Under the pieces are notes generated by a model. That model made no database searches. It saw only the letters and a program-made list of their open reading frames with translations, and was not told the origin of the DNA. Both the position numbers and the translations under genes were made by a program. Shown in pieces: positions 13,302 to 26,826 of a stretch of DNA of 64,000 bases. How positions within the stretch are numbered: position 1 is the first letter of the stretch; each line of letters begins with the position of its first letter. The stretch covers positions 248,001-312,000 of the forward strand of contig JBODTK010000123.1 of the NCBI GenBank assembly GCA_050613775.1. The letters are read 5' to 3'. The stretch is from Neocallimastix sp. 'constans'. Its lineage: Eukaryota.

Positions 13302-13350
<49 letters not shown>
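13022..13350 (+). repeat. Two adjacent triplicated units: acacttcatagtgactattttaaattta x3, then gactaactaaaaataaactacaataataaaagaatcaatcactaaatatattt+poly(A) x3
   Basis: Direct reading of 13022-13110 and 13109-13350. Confidence 0.8.
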
Positions 13351-13351
<1 letters not shown>

Positions 13352-13422
13352 ATAAATATATAAATTTTATATTAAAAAAAAAAAGATAAAAATTTATTAA
13401 AGTTAAGTTTATTTAAATTAAA

Positions 13423-13453
<31 letters not shown>

Positions 13454-14287
13454 TCATATATTTAAATATTTAAATTTTGACATGGTTAAATTATTTTTAA
13501 ATGATATTAAAATGACCAAAAATATATATTTATATATTTATATCTATATTACAAATATTAATATAACTATTATAAATTAATAGTGTAAGTGAATATAAGA
13601 TAAAAATCGAGATTTTATGATAAATTATTATTATAAATATTTATTTAATTAAAAGAATCAAATATATTTAAAAAATAAAATATATATATAATAGTTAACA
13701 AATGGGATATAATTTTAATATAAATATATATAAATAATTAATTTTCTATTTATTACTTTTTTTATTTATTCACATATATTTTTATTTTTATTCTTATTAA
13801 TTATATATTTCAAATTTTCTTCTTCATATTAAAAAAAATTAATCAATCATTTTAACTATTATAAATTAATAGTGTTAGTGAATATAAGATAAAAATTTAT
13901 AATTTTTTAGTTTTAAGTGAATATAAGATAAAAATCACAATTTTTTAATAAATTATTTTATAAATATTTATTTAAATAAAAGAATGAAATATATTTGAAA
14001 AACAAAATATATATATATATTTATATTTTATTTTATTTTATTTTATTTTATTTTATTATAATTTTTTATTTAATAACAATAGTATTTTTATTGGATATGA
14101 TATGGTCAAAAAATAGAAATATAATAATTTTTATTGGAAATGAAAATATTTAAAAAAGGGTAAAATGGGAATAAAATGTTGTATTTGTATTAAATGTTGT
14201 ATTGGAAAATTAAATTTTATAATTATACATTAAAATAGAGGAATAAATCTTTTTTTTATTTATTTATTTATTTATTTATTTATCTAT

Positions 14288-14318
<31 letters not shown>

Positions 14319-17309
14319 TTATTGAAGATGATAACGTTTATGAAAAGAAATAAGTATATGTAAAAAATAACAATAATAATAATAAAAATATTATTATTAT
14401 TAATAAAATAAAAGTTTAAAAAAAAAATTTTTTTTTCAATCTCACATAAACTTTATCAAACTTTTATATATAATATTTTTCATTTATATATGATTTGACT
14501 TAACTTTAATTCATAAAATATGATAAAAAAAATTTTTTTTGAACTATTTTAATAATAAAATAAAAAAAAAATAAAATAAAAAAAAAATAAAATAAAAAAA
14601 AAAAAAAAGGAAAATAAATAAATAAATTATTTAAAGAATTATGGAAAATAAATAAATAAAGTATTTTAAATATTTTTAATAGAGGTATTAAAAATAATAT
14701 TTTTTTTTACTTTCTTTTTAATAATTATATAAAAAAAAAGTGTTAAAAAAGATGAGAAAAAAAAAATTATAAAATATTTGTTTTTATTCTCAACTTCAAA
14801 CAATTTTAATTAAATAATAAAAATTAAATTTCAAAATAAAAAAATATATATATATATATATATATATATTTTTTTAATATTTATATCAAAATTTAATATT
14901 ATAATTAATATTTTTTCATTCATCATCATAAAAAAATTTTTATTATTATTACAATTAATTAAAAAAATATAATATTATTAAATGATACTATGAATTAGAA
15001 TTATAGTTAATGAAATGATATTTAATCTATTCCAATAGCTATTATGTTAAATTAATAGAGGTCTCTTTTATATATATATTCATATATATATTCATGTTTT
15101 CATATTATTTATTAATATTTTTATTTATATTCATTGAATTAAATAAAATAAACATATTTTTTAAAAAAAAAAAAATTTAAAATTAAAATATATATAAATA
15201 TATATTTAAATATTTATTTTATTTAATTAAGCAAAAAATAGAAATAAAAATATTCATATGTCCTTCATTATTAATTATTATTAAGTATTAAATTGATATT
15301 AACAAATTTTTATATAAAATAGTAAATATTAATTATTTAATTAAAGAATAATGAATTTATTAAAACAAAAAAAAAAAAAAAAAGAAAAGAAAAAAAAAAG
15401 AAAATTTTATAAAATTAATATATATATTATAGCAAATCAAAATTGACATCATTAATTCTTTTGAAATCAAACGAGGACTTCATTATAATTCACTTCTTAT
15501 TTGTTCTATATTTTTAAAAACAAAAACCAAATAAAAAAAAATAAAAAATGATGTCAAAGTTATAAATTTTAAAAATATTTTTAATAATATAAAAATTATT
15601 CAATTTTTTTTTAATTACAGGTCTTATGACTTAGGGTTTGTTTACTATTATTCTTTCTAATATTTTCTTTTTTTTTTCTTTTTTTTTTTTTTTTTAATTA
15701 TTATTAATAGATACTTAGCAATTATTATATATATACATATATATATATTTTATTTTTTTTAATACTGTGAATATTGGACATTCTGTATTTAAATAATTAA
15801 TTTAGTATTAATTTCTATTTTTTATTTCTATTTCTATTATTATAATATTAAAATATAGAATAATTCAATTATTTTCTATATTCCAACTATTTCTATTTCA
15901 GTCATTCCTATTCCAACTAAGTTCTATTTCTATTGCTACTTTTATTTATTCTTTTTTTTTTTATTATTATTATTCTTTTTATTCTTATTTTAATTATTTC
16001 TGTCCCCTTAATATCAATTTAAATTTATTTATATCCTTTAAATAATTTTTATTTTTTTTTTTTATTTTAAATGTTACCATTTCTGGTAATTAAATAATTA
16101 TTTTTTTTTTCTTTATTTCTTAAAATTTCTTTTATTTCAATGTTACTAATTATTACTTAATTATATTAATATTTAATAAGTATTTATTAATATTTATTAA
16201 TATTTATTAATATTTATTAATTAAATATATAAATATTATTATTTTTTTTTTATCCAATATTCTTTCTTATTAAATAATATTTATTTATCTAAATTCATAA
16301 TAAATAACAACAAAACACAATAAATATATATTTAATAATAAATAAAGAATTAATATTAAAGAATTAATAATAATAATTAATTAATAATAATTATTAATTA
16401 TTAATAATAATATTTAAAATATTGGATAATTATTGTTTACTTTTATATATATATATAATTCAATATATTTATTTATATTAAATTTATTTATAATATATTA
16501 TCTAAAATCAACTTGTATATATAAATAGAAATAAATTAAAATATTAAATATAGATGGCCTCTTTTTTTTTTCATTTTCAATTTATTTTTACTATATTTAT
16601 TATTATATTAAAATAAATTCTAATATATATCAACTAATTGGATGAATTAAATTTAATTTAATTTTAGTAATTTATAAATATATTTTAATATATTTAATTT
16701 ATTTTAATTTATTTTTTTTGTATTTTTTTTATTTATTTATTTAATTATTAGTTGTTTATAATTATTTATAAATAATTATAATTAATTTTTTTATCATTAT
16801 TATTATTTACAATTAATTATATAATTATAATTAATTATAGAATCATTAATTATTTAATTCTTTTTTATATTTGAATTTTTATTATTTATTTTTTATTATT
16901 ATTATTTATTATAATAATATTATTATTATAATATTATTATTTTATTAAAATTTAAAAAAAATTTTTTTTTTTTTTTGAATAAATAGCAAGAAATTTGACC
17001 TAAAAAAAAAATTCAAAAAATAAATTTAATTTTATTTTTAAAAAATAAAAAGAAAAAAGAATTAATTCGAAATTTAAAAATCAAATTTTGATTTTTAAAA
17101 GAAAAAAAGAGTCGAATTTCATAAAAAAAAATAAGAAGAGAATAAAAATCTTATTATTAAAAAATAATAAAAAAATTAACCTTTTTGAAATAAGAAATAA
17201 AAAATAATAATATTTTTTTATTATTTTTTAATAATACCTACAAATAATATATTTGAAAGAAGAAAAAAAAAATATCCCTCGCAATAATAAATAATAAAAT
17301 TTAATAAAA

Positions 17310-17744
17310 ATGGAATCAACACCAAAGGCTAAAAAGTCAAACAGATGTGCTTTCGAAGGCTGCAATGCTCGTGTTGTTAAAATTATTGGTGACTGTAGAT
17401 ACTGCCAACAAAAGTTTTGTGGTAAATATTATAACAAATAAAATAAAAAAGAAGTTTATGGAATATGTAAAAAAAAAAAAAAAAAAAAGAAAAAAAATAA
17501 GAAAATAGAATTAATAAAAAGATATATTTATATAGAAATATAAAAAAAAAAATAATTGATGGATGATAAATTTAAATGTAAAGTGATGGATTATTAATTT
17601 TTATAATTTATTTTATAAATAATAGGTACTCACAGATTACCAGAATGCCACGTTTGTCCAAACTTAGCAACTTGTAAGCAAGCTTCCTTTGAAAAGAACT
17701 CAAATAAATTATTAAATGAAAAGTGTGTTAAATTAAAGGTTTAA
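17310..17744 (+). CDS. AN1-type zinc finger protein, 76 aa; exons 17310-17421 and 17626-17744 (absent from the ORF track)
   Basis: Spliced product MESTPKAKKSNRCAFEGCNARVVKIIGDCRYCQQKFCGTHRLPECHVCPNLATCKQASFEKNSNKLLNEKCVKLKV, with the AN1 pattern C-x4-C...CxxCxxxFCxxHRxPExHxC and a canonical GT-AG intron. Confidence 0.9.
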
Positions 17745-18390
17745 CCTTTAAATCTATCAATATTTGCTAAAAAAAAAAAAAAAAAAAAAAAATATACCGA
17801 AAAAAAATAATAGAACGCAACAAAAATAACATTTTAATTATAAAGAAATATTTAATTTATTAAAAAAAAATATTGTAAAAAAAAAAAATAAAAATTTCAA
17901 AAAAATTAAAAAATTAAAAAATAGTAAAAAAAAAAAGATTATAACAATTGAAATTTTAGTGTATCTTTGAAAGAGAAAGGAGTGTGTTATTTTTTTCAAA
18001 TGAATGAATTAATTTTGATAATTATAAATTATAAAAGTGATTTTGTTTAAATGAATAAAAGAGTTTGAGTAATAAATGAAAGTGTTATTGTTTTAATAAA
18101 AAAATAGCAAGAGATTTTTATATATGACTTTTTATTTATTTTATATATATATTTATTAAATGTACGAAAATTTATATATTGAGAAATAGTAGGAATTATT
18201 ATATTGAGGATAAAGAAGAAGATTTTAATGATAAATATTTATTTTTTATGTACTGTGTCTCCTTCCTTCTTTTACGGAAAATGCAGAATATGAAGTCTTT
18301 TAGTTTTATTTTAAAAAAAAAAAAAATCGGTTTCGGGGGGAAAGAAGACATTTTATAAATAATTAATATTTTTCAATCACCCTCGAGAGA

Positions 18391-18434
<44 letters not shown>

Positions 18435-18443
18435 ATCCCCAAT

Positions 18444-19192
18444 AATGTTATTTGACATTAGTATTTCCATTAAAAGAAAAATAGTCTCAGAAGATTGCCC
18501 TAATTGTTGCCCTTGTTGTGGTGTTAGTGTACCTAGCTTTTCTCACTGGATCTTTGCCTGTAAAGAATTGGAAAATTACAGAAATAAATCTTTACCTTTT
18601 CTAGATGATCTCTTTTTGAAGTTTGCAATGATAATTGAACAAAAATCCTTGGATGTTTCTTTAGATTCAGAAAAGGATTATGATAATAATATTTATTATT
18701 ATATATTGAGTGCACTTCTTGGTGGGCGTTCAATATATTCAAAAATTAAAGTTTATGATGATGAACAAAGACAATTAGTTGACAATATTTTTAAACAAAG
18801 TTCAACTTCGTCAACTGTTCCGTATTTTGTGGGGATTGCGGAGTTTCTAACAAACGTAATACCATTAATTTGTCGATCTTTTTAGTTTGATGATGAAATG
18901 GTATTCCGTTGAATCTACCGTTACCAAGAGCGTAGACGTCGAAATGATAAAGCATGGATTTTCACCTCCAGATACAGATTCGATTGATAACACTAATACT
19001 GAAATTATTTCTCGCAATAATGGACGTGGTGTTATTATCGAGGAATGGGAAAAGTTAGAGGCTATTGCTTCTAACGCACTTTTATAATTTTATAATATAT
19101 AATATTTTATTTCATGTATTTTATTTGTTATTTTTTCATTTAATTCATATAATTTTATTATTATTATAAATTAAATAAAGTTATTCTCTAAG

Positions 19193-19240
<48 letters not shown>
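18444..19240 (+). mobile_element. 5'-truncated LINE (non-LTR retrotransposon) 3' end with poly(A) and 10-bp TSD
   Basis: C-terminal zinc-knuckle CPCCG...SHWIFAC, AATAAA and poly(A) ending at 19240. TSD AATCCCCAAT at 18434-18443 and 19241-19250. Confidence 0.9.
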
Positions 19241-19246
<6 letters not shown>

Positions 19247-19819
19247 CAATGATGTGGACTGTTATTCCAGATCCATGGAGGGTTGATGGAAAAGGAATAA
19301 TCTATATCAGGTGTACTAATTACAGCTTTCTGTGATTCTGATGATAATCGATGGTTATCCTTTCTAAAGTGGCTTCTAGTACGAAGAGAGAAAACTGGAA
19401 TACTGGAAGACTGTAGATAGTGAACTTGATGTTTTATATTGTTTTAAACTGGATATGTAGTAACATTGGAATTGTATAATTAATAATATCATGTAGTTTC
19501 TACATATTATCATTGTAATGAATCTATTGTATTTTTTACTTTAGCATTATTTTGTATATGTATTTTTCTATAGTATTATTTATACATTCTTGTAGCTATT
19601 GTAAAATGGAAATGTAGGAGATTGATTCACTCCAAAGCTTGTGTTTAAGACATTATTTAACTGGTAGGAATCTTTTTATAGTCTTTCACTACTAACATTA
19701 TTTACATTTTCATTTCAGTTTATTTATGATTACATTAGAGAAAATTATTTTATCAATCAAAGCTTTACAAATCGATTAGAATTTCAGAAACTCAAAAGTT
19801 AACAGAAAATACAAAACAG

Positions 19820-19859
<40 letters not shown>

Positions 19860-20131
19860 GTTTATTCATTACTAAAATAACAGGAAAAAAGATATTATTC
19901 ATTACTACAAAATTCTTAAGTTGTTCATTTTATTTAAACTTAATCAATTACTCCACGAAGATAGGATCTTCACATTTTTATTATTATTTTATTATTTTTT
20001 TTATTTATATTTTTCTTTTTAATTATATTTATTTATATATATATATATTTTTTTATCTATATTTCTTAGTTTTTAGTATTTTAGTTTTCATTGTTTCATT
20101 TTTTTTAAATTGTATTTTTTTTTAGTTCATT

Positions 20132-22336
20132 ATGGAAAAGATATTTCACCGGGGTTCTCGCTGCTATGGAACATCTATTGACAACACAGGGTTGATTTTT
20201 ATTCGTGGTATACACTCATGGACTAATGCTAAAATGAAGGAATTTATTCATTCTAAATGCAAAAAATTCAATGTTAATATTTTGTCAGTAAAAAGAATTA
20301 CCAATTTCAGTGATAGCTTCTTCAGGATAAAAGTATACACTCCAAATTTCAACCTCAAAAAAATTAAAAAAGTATTTAAAAAGGCACTATCAGGAGTTAA
20401 AATCTCATATAGTAGATGTTCCAAATGGAATCATAAGGTTTCTTTTCGGCATTTAAAACAAAAATTTAATATCTATTAACACGTCAAATGATATTAACAC
20501 AGTAAACCTCAGTTCAACAAATTTAGTAAATGCTAATAATGGCAATCATGAACTAATTGCTCCCAATATTCCTAATTTTAATTCTCAAAATCCATTTTCA
20601 CATTCTAACACAGGAAAGTTTTCTTTTTGTCTTAGTTAGAATACCAAACGGGATGGAATTTTGTGAAAAGAGATAGTATTGAGTACTTCAACACAATATT
20701 TAAATCATTATTTATATGTTTTCAGGAAACAGGTAATGGTACCTTTGATGCTAGAAATCCATGTAAAGTAACACTTCCCAACTATAAATATTTCCTGAAA
20801 AGAATGGATCCTACTACTCCAGGTTGCAGAGGTTTATATCTTGGTTATCATGTATCATGTCAAGCAGTACTTGAAGATAATTCCTATACTTAGAGTGATT
20901 CCAGAGACTATAAGTTGTTAAAGAAACAAGATAAGAAATCAGGAAAGCGATGTTTAGAGTGTCACGAAAATTATATTGTCTTCAAAAGGTAAAGCATATT
21001 ACATACAAACAAATTAAGCGTTATGTTTCTGCAAATGATTCCAATGAATTTGCTAAAATAGTTGACTCATATAACAGACTTTGTGAATCAATTCATAAAA
21101 AATGTAATGAATTTAGGAAAAAAGAATATTTATATTGGATTAAAATTGGATGTTCGTTAGCTCTTAAAAAGGATAGTAGGAAAGCATGGAAATGGGTTAA
21201 AAAGAATGCAAAAATAAATAATCAATCTTTCACGGTCTCTCATCCTATTAAGGCTTCCGATGGGTACTTCGTGCCAGATGTGGATATAAATTCGATGCTC
21301 GTGTTGCCAAAGCCGCCAAAATGATTGAAGAAAAAAAGTCCTGAAAGGTGTCCTTGTTGTTATAGAAAAAATAGTAATCCTCGATTGGAACATTGGTTTT
21401 CTAAATGCTATCTTTTACGTGAATTTCGAATGAAATATTTTAAGGATTTTGAAATTCTTTATGAAATATTTTATATTATTTCTAAATATTGTCCAATATC
21501 TAATAGTAATGTAGACACTGTCATCACAGATATGAATAATATAGAACAAAGTTCTGATTCTGATAGTAGTAACGAAGTGTATAATATTAATAATATTAAC
21601 AATAGAAATAATATTGTTAATAATAGTAGAAATAGTGATAGTGAAAATAGAAATACTAATATTAGTGATAGTGAAAATTATAACATCGTTACTTCTAATT
21701 TAGTGAATAGTTCAATTGGTGAAAATCGTGGTAATTTAAGTAATTTTCTGAATAATGAGTGTGTAAATATATATGTGACGTGGTACCGATTGTATAACTT
21801 TCTTCTTAGTGGAAGGGATGCAGATATAATAAATTTAAATTACAAAAAGGAATGGAATATTTTGTTTAAGAACCAAATCATTTCTGGTGATTATTCAAAA
21901 ACGCCATTCTTGGTGCGATTTGCGGCTCTCTGAACAGAAATATGCCTCGGGCTAGTACTCGGCAAGGGTTACTATTCCGAAAGTATAAGCGCAAACTAAC
22001 CAGGAGCGTCAACGCTGAAAATGCAGTAAGACAGGCTAGTAGGGCCAATGCCTCTGAAGGAGAAGACCATAATTTCTTTCAGATAGTCAATTCAAACCCT
22101 AATCCATAAGGAGGTGAGGTTCGTTGCATATAAACTTTTTTCTGAATTTATTTATACACTTATTTTTGATTATTACTTTTTATTTCACGTTACTTTTTCT
22201 TTTATTATTATGTTCAATTGGACAAATAATTTTTTTATTTATTTTATTAATTCTGTGTTTTTTTATTTTTTATTAAATTTCATGTATTTTATATAAGAAT
22301 AAATAAATAAAGATTTAAGTTCGCAATAATTGCGGC

Positions 22337-22383
<47 letters not shown>
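20132..22383 (+). mobile_element. Internally deleted LINE: N-terminal ORF, APE endonuclease fragment, linker, CCHC C-terminus and poly(A); RT missing
   Basis: Endonuclease motifs CLS*N (normally SWN) and FICFQETG. HPIKASDG joins directly to VLRARCG...CPCCY...EHWFSKC near 21265. Poly(A) at 22340-22383. Confidence 0.85.
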
Positions 22384-22386
<3 letters not shown>

Positions 22387-22495
22387 ATTGATATATGTTG
22401 TTTATTTATTTAATGTAATAATAAAAATATTACATATGATTATGGTTTATAAAGAGAAAAAATGGATGGTACATTCATGATGTTACAAATAGAAT

Positions 22496-22755
22496 TGATA
22501 TAAAACAAATAGGTGTAGTAACATATTTGTATATTTAATAATAATTATTAAATATTAAATTTATATCTTTTTTTTGATAATAATTATTTTACTTTATTTT
22601 TTATTTCAATATGTATTATTATAATTAAAATAATTATAATACTTTATATTTAATAATAATTATTAAGTATTATCTCTTCTTGATAATAATTATTTTATTT
22701 TATTAATATAGTTCTATATATTAAAATATATAATTAATATATTATCTATTTCTAA
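22496..22755 (+). mobile_element. Solo LTR or LTR fragment of the Gypsy family (starts TGATATAAAACAAATAGGTGTAGTAAC)
   Basis: Same start sequence as the LTR following the Gypsy polypurine tract at 28504 (minus strand); near-identical to the reverse complement of 26610-26826. The 3' end is approximate. Confidence 0.65.
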
Positions 22756-22880
22756 AAGATATATTTAATTATTTATATTAGAAATAGAGGACTCTCTTGT
22801 AAAATTTTAAGAATTGGAATTATTATTTTAATTGTATGAATATTATAATTTTATTAATAAATTTTACTAAACAACCATTA

Positions 22881-22921
<41 letters not shown>

Positions 22922-23129
22922 CACTGCTTATAAATTATTGTATGTAAAAGTTCCGCATATCATATTATATATTACGTGAGTACATTGGTTACATATATAG
23001 GTTACACGAAATATTAATATAGGATGTTAACACAAATTTATACAATAAAATAAAAAGTATAAACTAATATTCTTTAATAGAATTACATACATAATAAATA
23101 ATAAATAAATATATTAAGATAATATCTAT

Positions 23130-23395
23130 AAATATAGTGGTGTATTTATTAATATATATTTTAAGTTTATTCTTTTCTTTAATATGTTATATGTTTTAAT
23201 TTAGTACTAATTTCACCATTTTCTATACTACATTTATTTGCTTGATTATCAGTATAGATTACTATATTTAATTTCTTATTTAATATTTTTTTAATAATGC
23301 TCCTTAACCATAATATTTTCGTGACACTTTCTGAAGTACTTACATATTCAGCTTTAGAGGTTGGAAGTATCAATAAACGATTGCTTTTTTAGATT
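23130..23395 (-). mobile_element. Ty1/copia RNase H fragment
   Basis: KKQS..., PTSKAEYV, ILWLRSII, IYTDNQA and STKLKHI match the copia RNase H consensus (SKKQ, STxEAEY, DNQxA, RxKHI). Frameshifted. Confidence 0.85.
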
Positions 23396-23767
23396 ATCAT
23401 TAGACCAGCAGACGAGAACCACATCTTCTGATGTTCCATTAATACCTGCAATAAGACCGTCAACATCATCAGATTCATAAGTTAAATCAACTTCAAGTCC
23501 AAGACTAGTAGCTAATGGAACAACAGTATCTCTTGGTCTTGTAGATTTTTTACCCACAAGACTTTGAGCAAAAATCTTTTGTGGAGTAACAAATGTACCA
23601 TTTTTCCCGAAACTTTCAGTTAAACAATTTGCTCTAGATTCACCAATAGGTGAAAGGTCTGTATGATCATCATCAATTTTTTCACCATGACGAATAAGCA
23701 TAATTGTTTTAGCATTAGTCATAACTAAACCAAATAAAGTAGCAATAATAAACTTTCCTAATCTCAT
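23354..23767 (-). pseudogene. Secreted histidine phosphatase (phosphoglycerate mutase superfamily), 3'-truncated by a copia fragment
   Basis: Signal peptide, LIRHGEK catalytic motif, LSPIGESRANCL, STRPRDTVVPLA and VLVCWSND. The last residues (KKQSFIDTSNL) are copia-derived. Confidence 0.8.
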
Positions 23768-24319
23768 TTTTTATATTTTTTTTTTATTAATATTATTCTT
23801 TACAAATAAAAAATTTTTTAATTGTTTTAAATTTTTATAATAAATTATTATATATATAATATTTTATAATATTTTAAATTTTAATAAGTTTATATTATTT
23901 TTTTTTTAAAAAAAATTTTTTCAAAGATCTAAATGTACGTAATTTTTAAGTCTATTTATACTAAAAGAAAAAAAAATAATAATAAAAAATAATAATAAAA
24001 AATAATAATAAATAATAAATAATAATAAATAATAATACTGCTTATTTTTTATTACTCTTTTATTATAATTTTAATATACTGTGAATATATTATTTAAAAT
24101 ATACTAATATAATAAAACACAAAATAAAAAAAATAAAAAGTTTAATATATAAATAATATAAAAAATAAAAACAAAACAAAAAAAAAATTAAATAAAAATA
24201 AAAATTAATATAAATTAAATTAAATTAGTAATAAATTAAAATAGAAAAAAAGAATAAACACAAAATATATAAATCATAAACTTTATAAAATATAAAAAAA
24301 TATGTCATAAAAAATATAT

Positions 24320-24490
24320 ATATAAAATATAAAATATATAAAATATATAAAATATATAAAATATAAAATATATAAAATATAAAATATATAAAATATATAA
24401 AATATATAAAATATATAAAATATATAAAATATATAAAATATAAAATATATAAAATAAAATATATAAAATATTGATAAAATATATAAAATA
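24320..24490 (+). repeat. (AAAATATAT)n-type minisatellite
   Basis: Visible tandem 7-9-bp units. Confidence 0.85.
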
Positions 24491-24694
24491 TTGATAGAAA
24501 CTTACTACATTATTTATTTAATAATAAATTTATATCTAAATATTCAAAAAAAAAAAATATTATATATATATATATTTAATTTAATTAAACTAAGATATAA
24601 ACATTTCATTTTTATATTTAATTAAAGTTTATATGTAAATTTTTTTAAATAAAAATGTTACTAAATAATAAATCACAATATATTTTTTAAATTG

Positions 24695-24792
24695 GATTTA
24701 TTTCTATAATTTAATATGAGTTTAATTAAGATTTATTTCTATAATTTAATATGAATTTAATTAAGATTTATTTCTATAATTTAATATGAGTT
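24695..24792 (+). repeat. 35-bp tandem repeat x3 (gatttatttctataatttaatatgagtttaattaa)
   Basis: Direct reading. Confidence 0.85.
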
Positions 24793-26609
24793 CAATGATT
24801 ATATTAAGTCATTTGTATTTATTTTATATTCAAAAAAGAGAAAACTACAAAACTTTTGAAATCCTTTTATATTCCTTTTATAACAAATCCACTTCAATAT
24901 AATATAGATTATTTTCAAATATTTTTTAAAAATATTGTTATTCTTAACTATTATATAAATTATTCTTTATAATAAAAGAAATATTTTTTTTTTGTCTGTA
25001 AAAATAAAGAGAATAGCTATATTATAAGAATAAATTAAAATAAATAAATAAATAAATATTAATAATATTAATAAAAAATTAATTTTTAATAATGAAAAAA
25101 AAATAAAAAATAAAAAATAAAAAATAAAAAAGAAACTTTGAGTAGATCATAATAAATAAAAAAAAAAATCAAATTAAAAATAAATATAAATATTTCAAAT
25201 TAGGTAATAATCAATATAATTAAAAATAACGTAATAATTACTAATTAAACCACTTAAATTCTGTATTTTCTTTCTTTTTTCTTTTTTCTTTTTTTTTTTT
25301 TTTCCTTTTATATATTATATTACTTCTTACTTACATATTAGTTGAGTGATAAGGAAAAGGATAAATAACTCTATTTATCACTTTTGGGGAGAATTTTTAT
25401 TAATTATTAAAGTTTTTTTTTTATTTTATTAATGTAATTATATTTCATTTATTCATTTAATTATATTCCATTTATTCATTTAATTTATTTTATTTAATTT
25501 AAAATATTAAATTTTATAATTCCATAGAATTAATAATTATTAAAAAGACTTTCACTTTTTAATATCTTAAAAAATAAATGTTGACAATGGCGAAAAAAAC
25601 TCAAAAAAATCGAAAAAAAAAAATTATAAGAAAAATTATTCATAAGATAATTCTTTTGAATTATTTAAAAAAAAAATAATAAGAATTCGTTATTTAGTTA
25701 AATATTATTATTAAAAAAATATATTATAAAGAATAATAAAAAGATTTATGGTAATTATAACTATTAACATATAAAAATGTAATAAAAATATAATAAAATA
25801 AAAATAATTTAAATAAAATAAAGTTTATTATTTACATAATTACATAACATAGAATTTATTAATAATTATAGTTTTTATTTACGTTTTTACATCAGTAATA
25901 ACTAATTAATAATAAATTATAATATTATAATGTATTAAATGAATGCATAAATATATCTTAAGTAGAATATGATTATTATTTTATTGAAGTAATAAAGTGA
26001 GTCTTGTTTTTTTTTTTTTCATGTAAATTTTTCTTAAAACAAGAGTGATTTGGAGAGAAATTTATTAATTAGTATTTTAATAAATATTAAAAATATTTTT
26101 AATTTAAAATAATAAATAATTATATTTGTTAAGGGTCAGGAATTAGAAAAATGAAAAATTAAAACTTAAAATGTATTTCCATATACATTAAAATAAAAAT
26201 AAAAATCTAGAATCTACCCCCTTTGTGGTATATAATTATGTCAATTTTATTAATATATTATATATTTTTTTGATAATTATTCTATTAAATTAAATACTTT
26301 TAAATTAGTACATTGTGGCGTATACACTAATTATAATACAATGCAATATATTTGAAGCTTATATTTCACACATTCTAGTTTTTTGATAATGAATAAATTT
26401 GATTTACTGGTGAATATTGATATACAAAAATTATACTATTTAATAGTATTAACATGATATTATTAAAATCTTAGTTATTTCTATTCTAAATTAGCTTTAT
26501 ATGAATAAAATAATTTTTTACATAATATTAATTCTTTAAAAAGTTTGATTTAATTATTGTTAAATTAATTTTTTAAATATTATTTATTATATATTTAAAA
26601 TAAATTAAT

Positions 26610-26826
26610 ATAGATGAAATAGGTAATATATTAATTATATATTCTAATATACACAACTATTTTAATTTTATATGAATTAAAGTATTATAATTATTTTAAT
26701 TATAATAATACCTATTGAAATAAAAAATAAAATAAAATAATTATTATCAAAAAAAGATATAAATTTAATATTTAATAATTATTATTAAATATACAAATGT
26801 GTCACACACGTATTTGTTTTATATCA
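26610..26826 (-). mobile_element. Solo LTR or LTR fragment of the same Gypsy family
   Basis: Reverse complement starts TGATATAAAACAAATACGTGTGTGACACATTTGTATATTT and aligns with 22496-22755. Confidence 0.65.
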
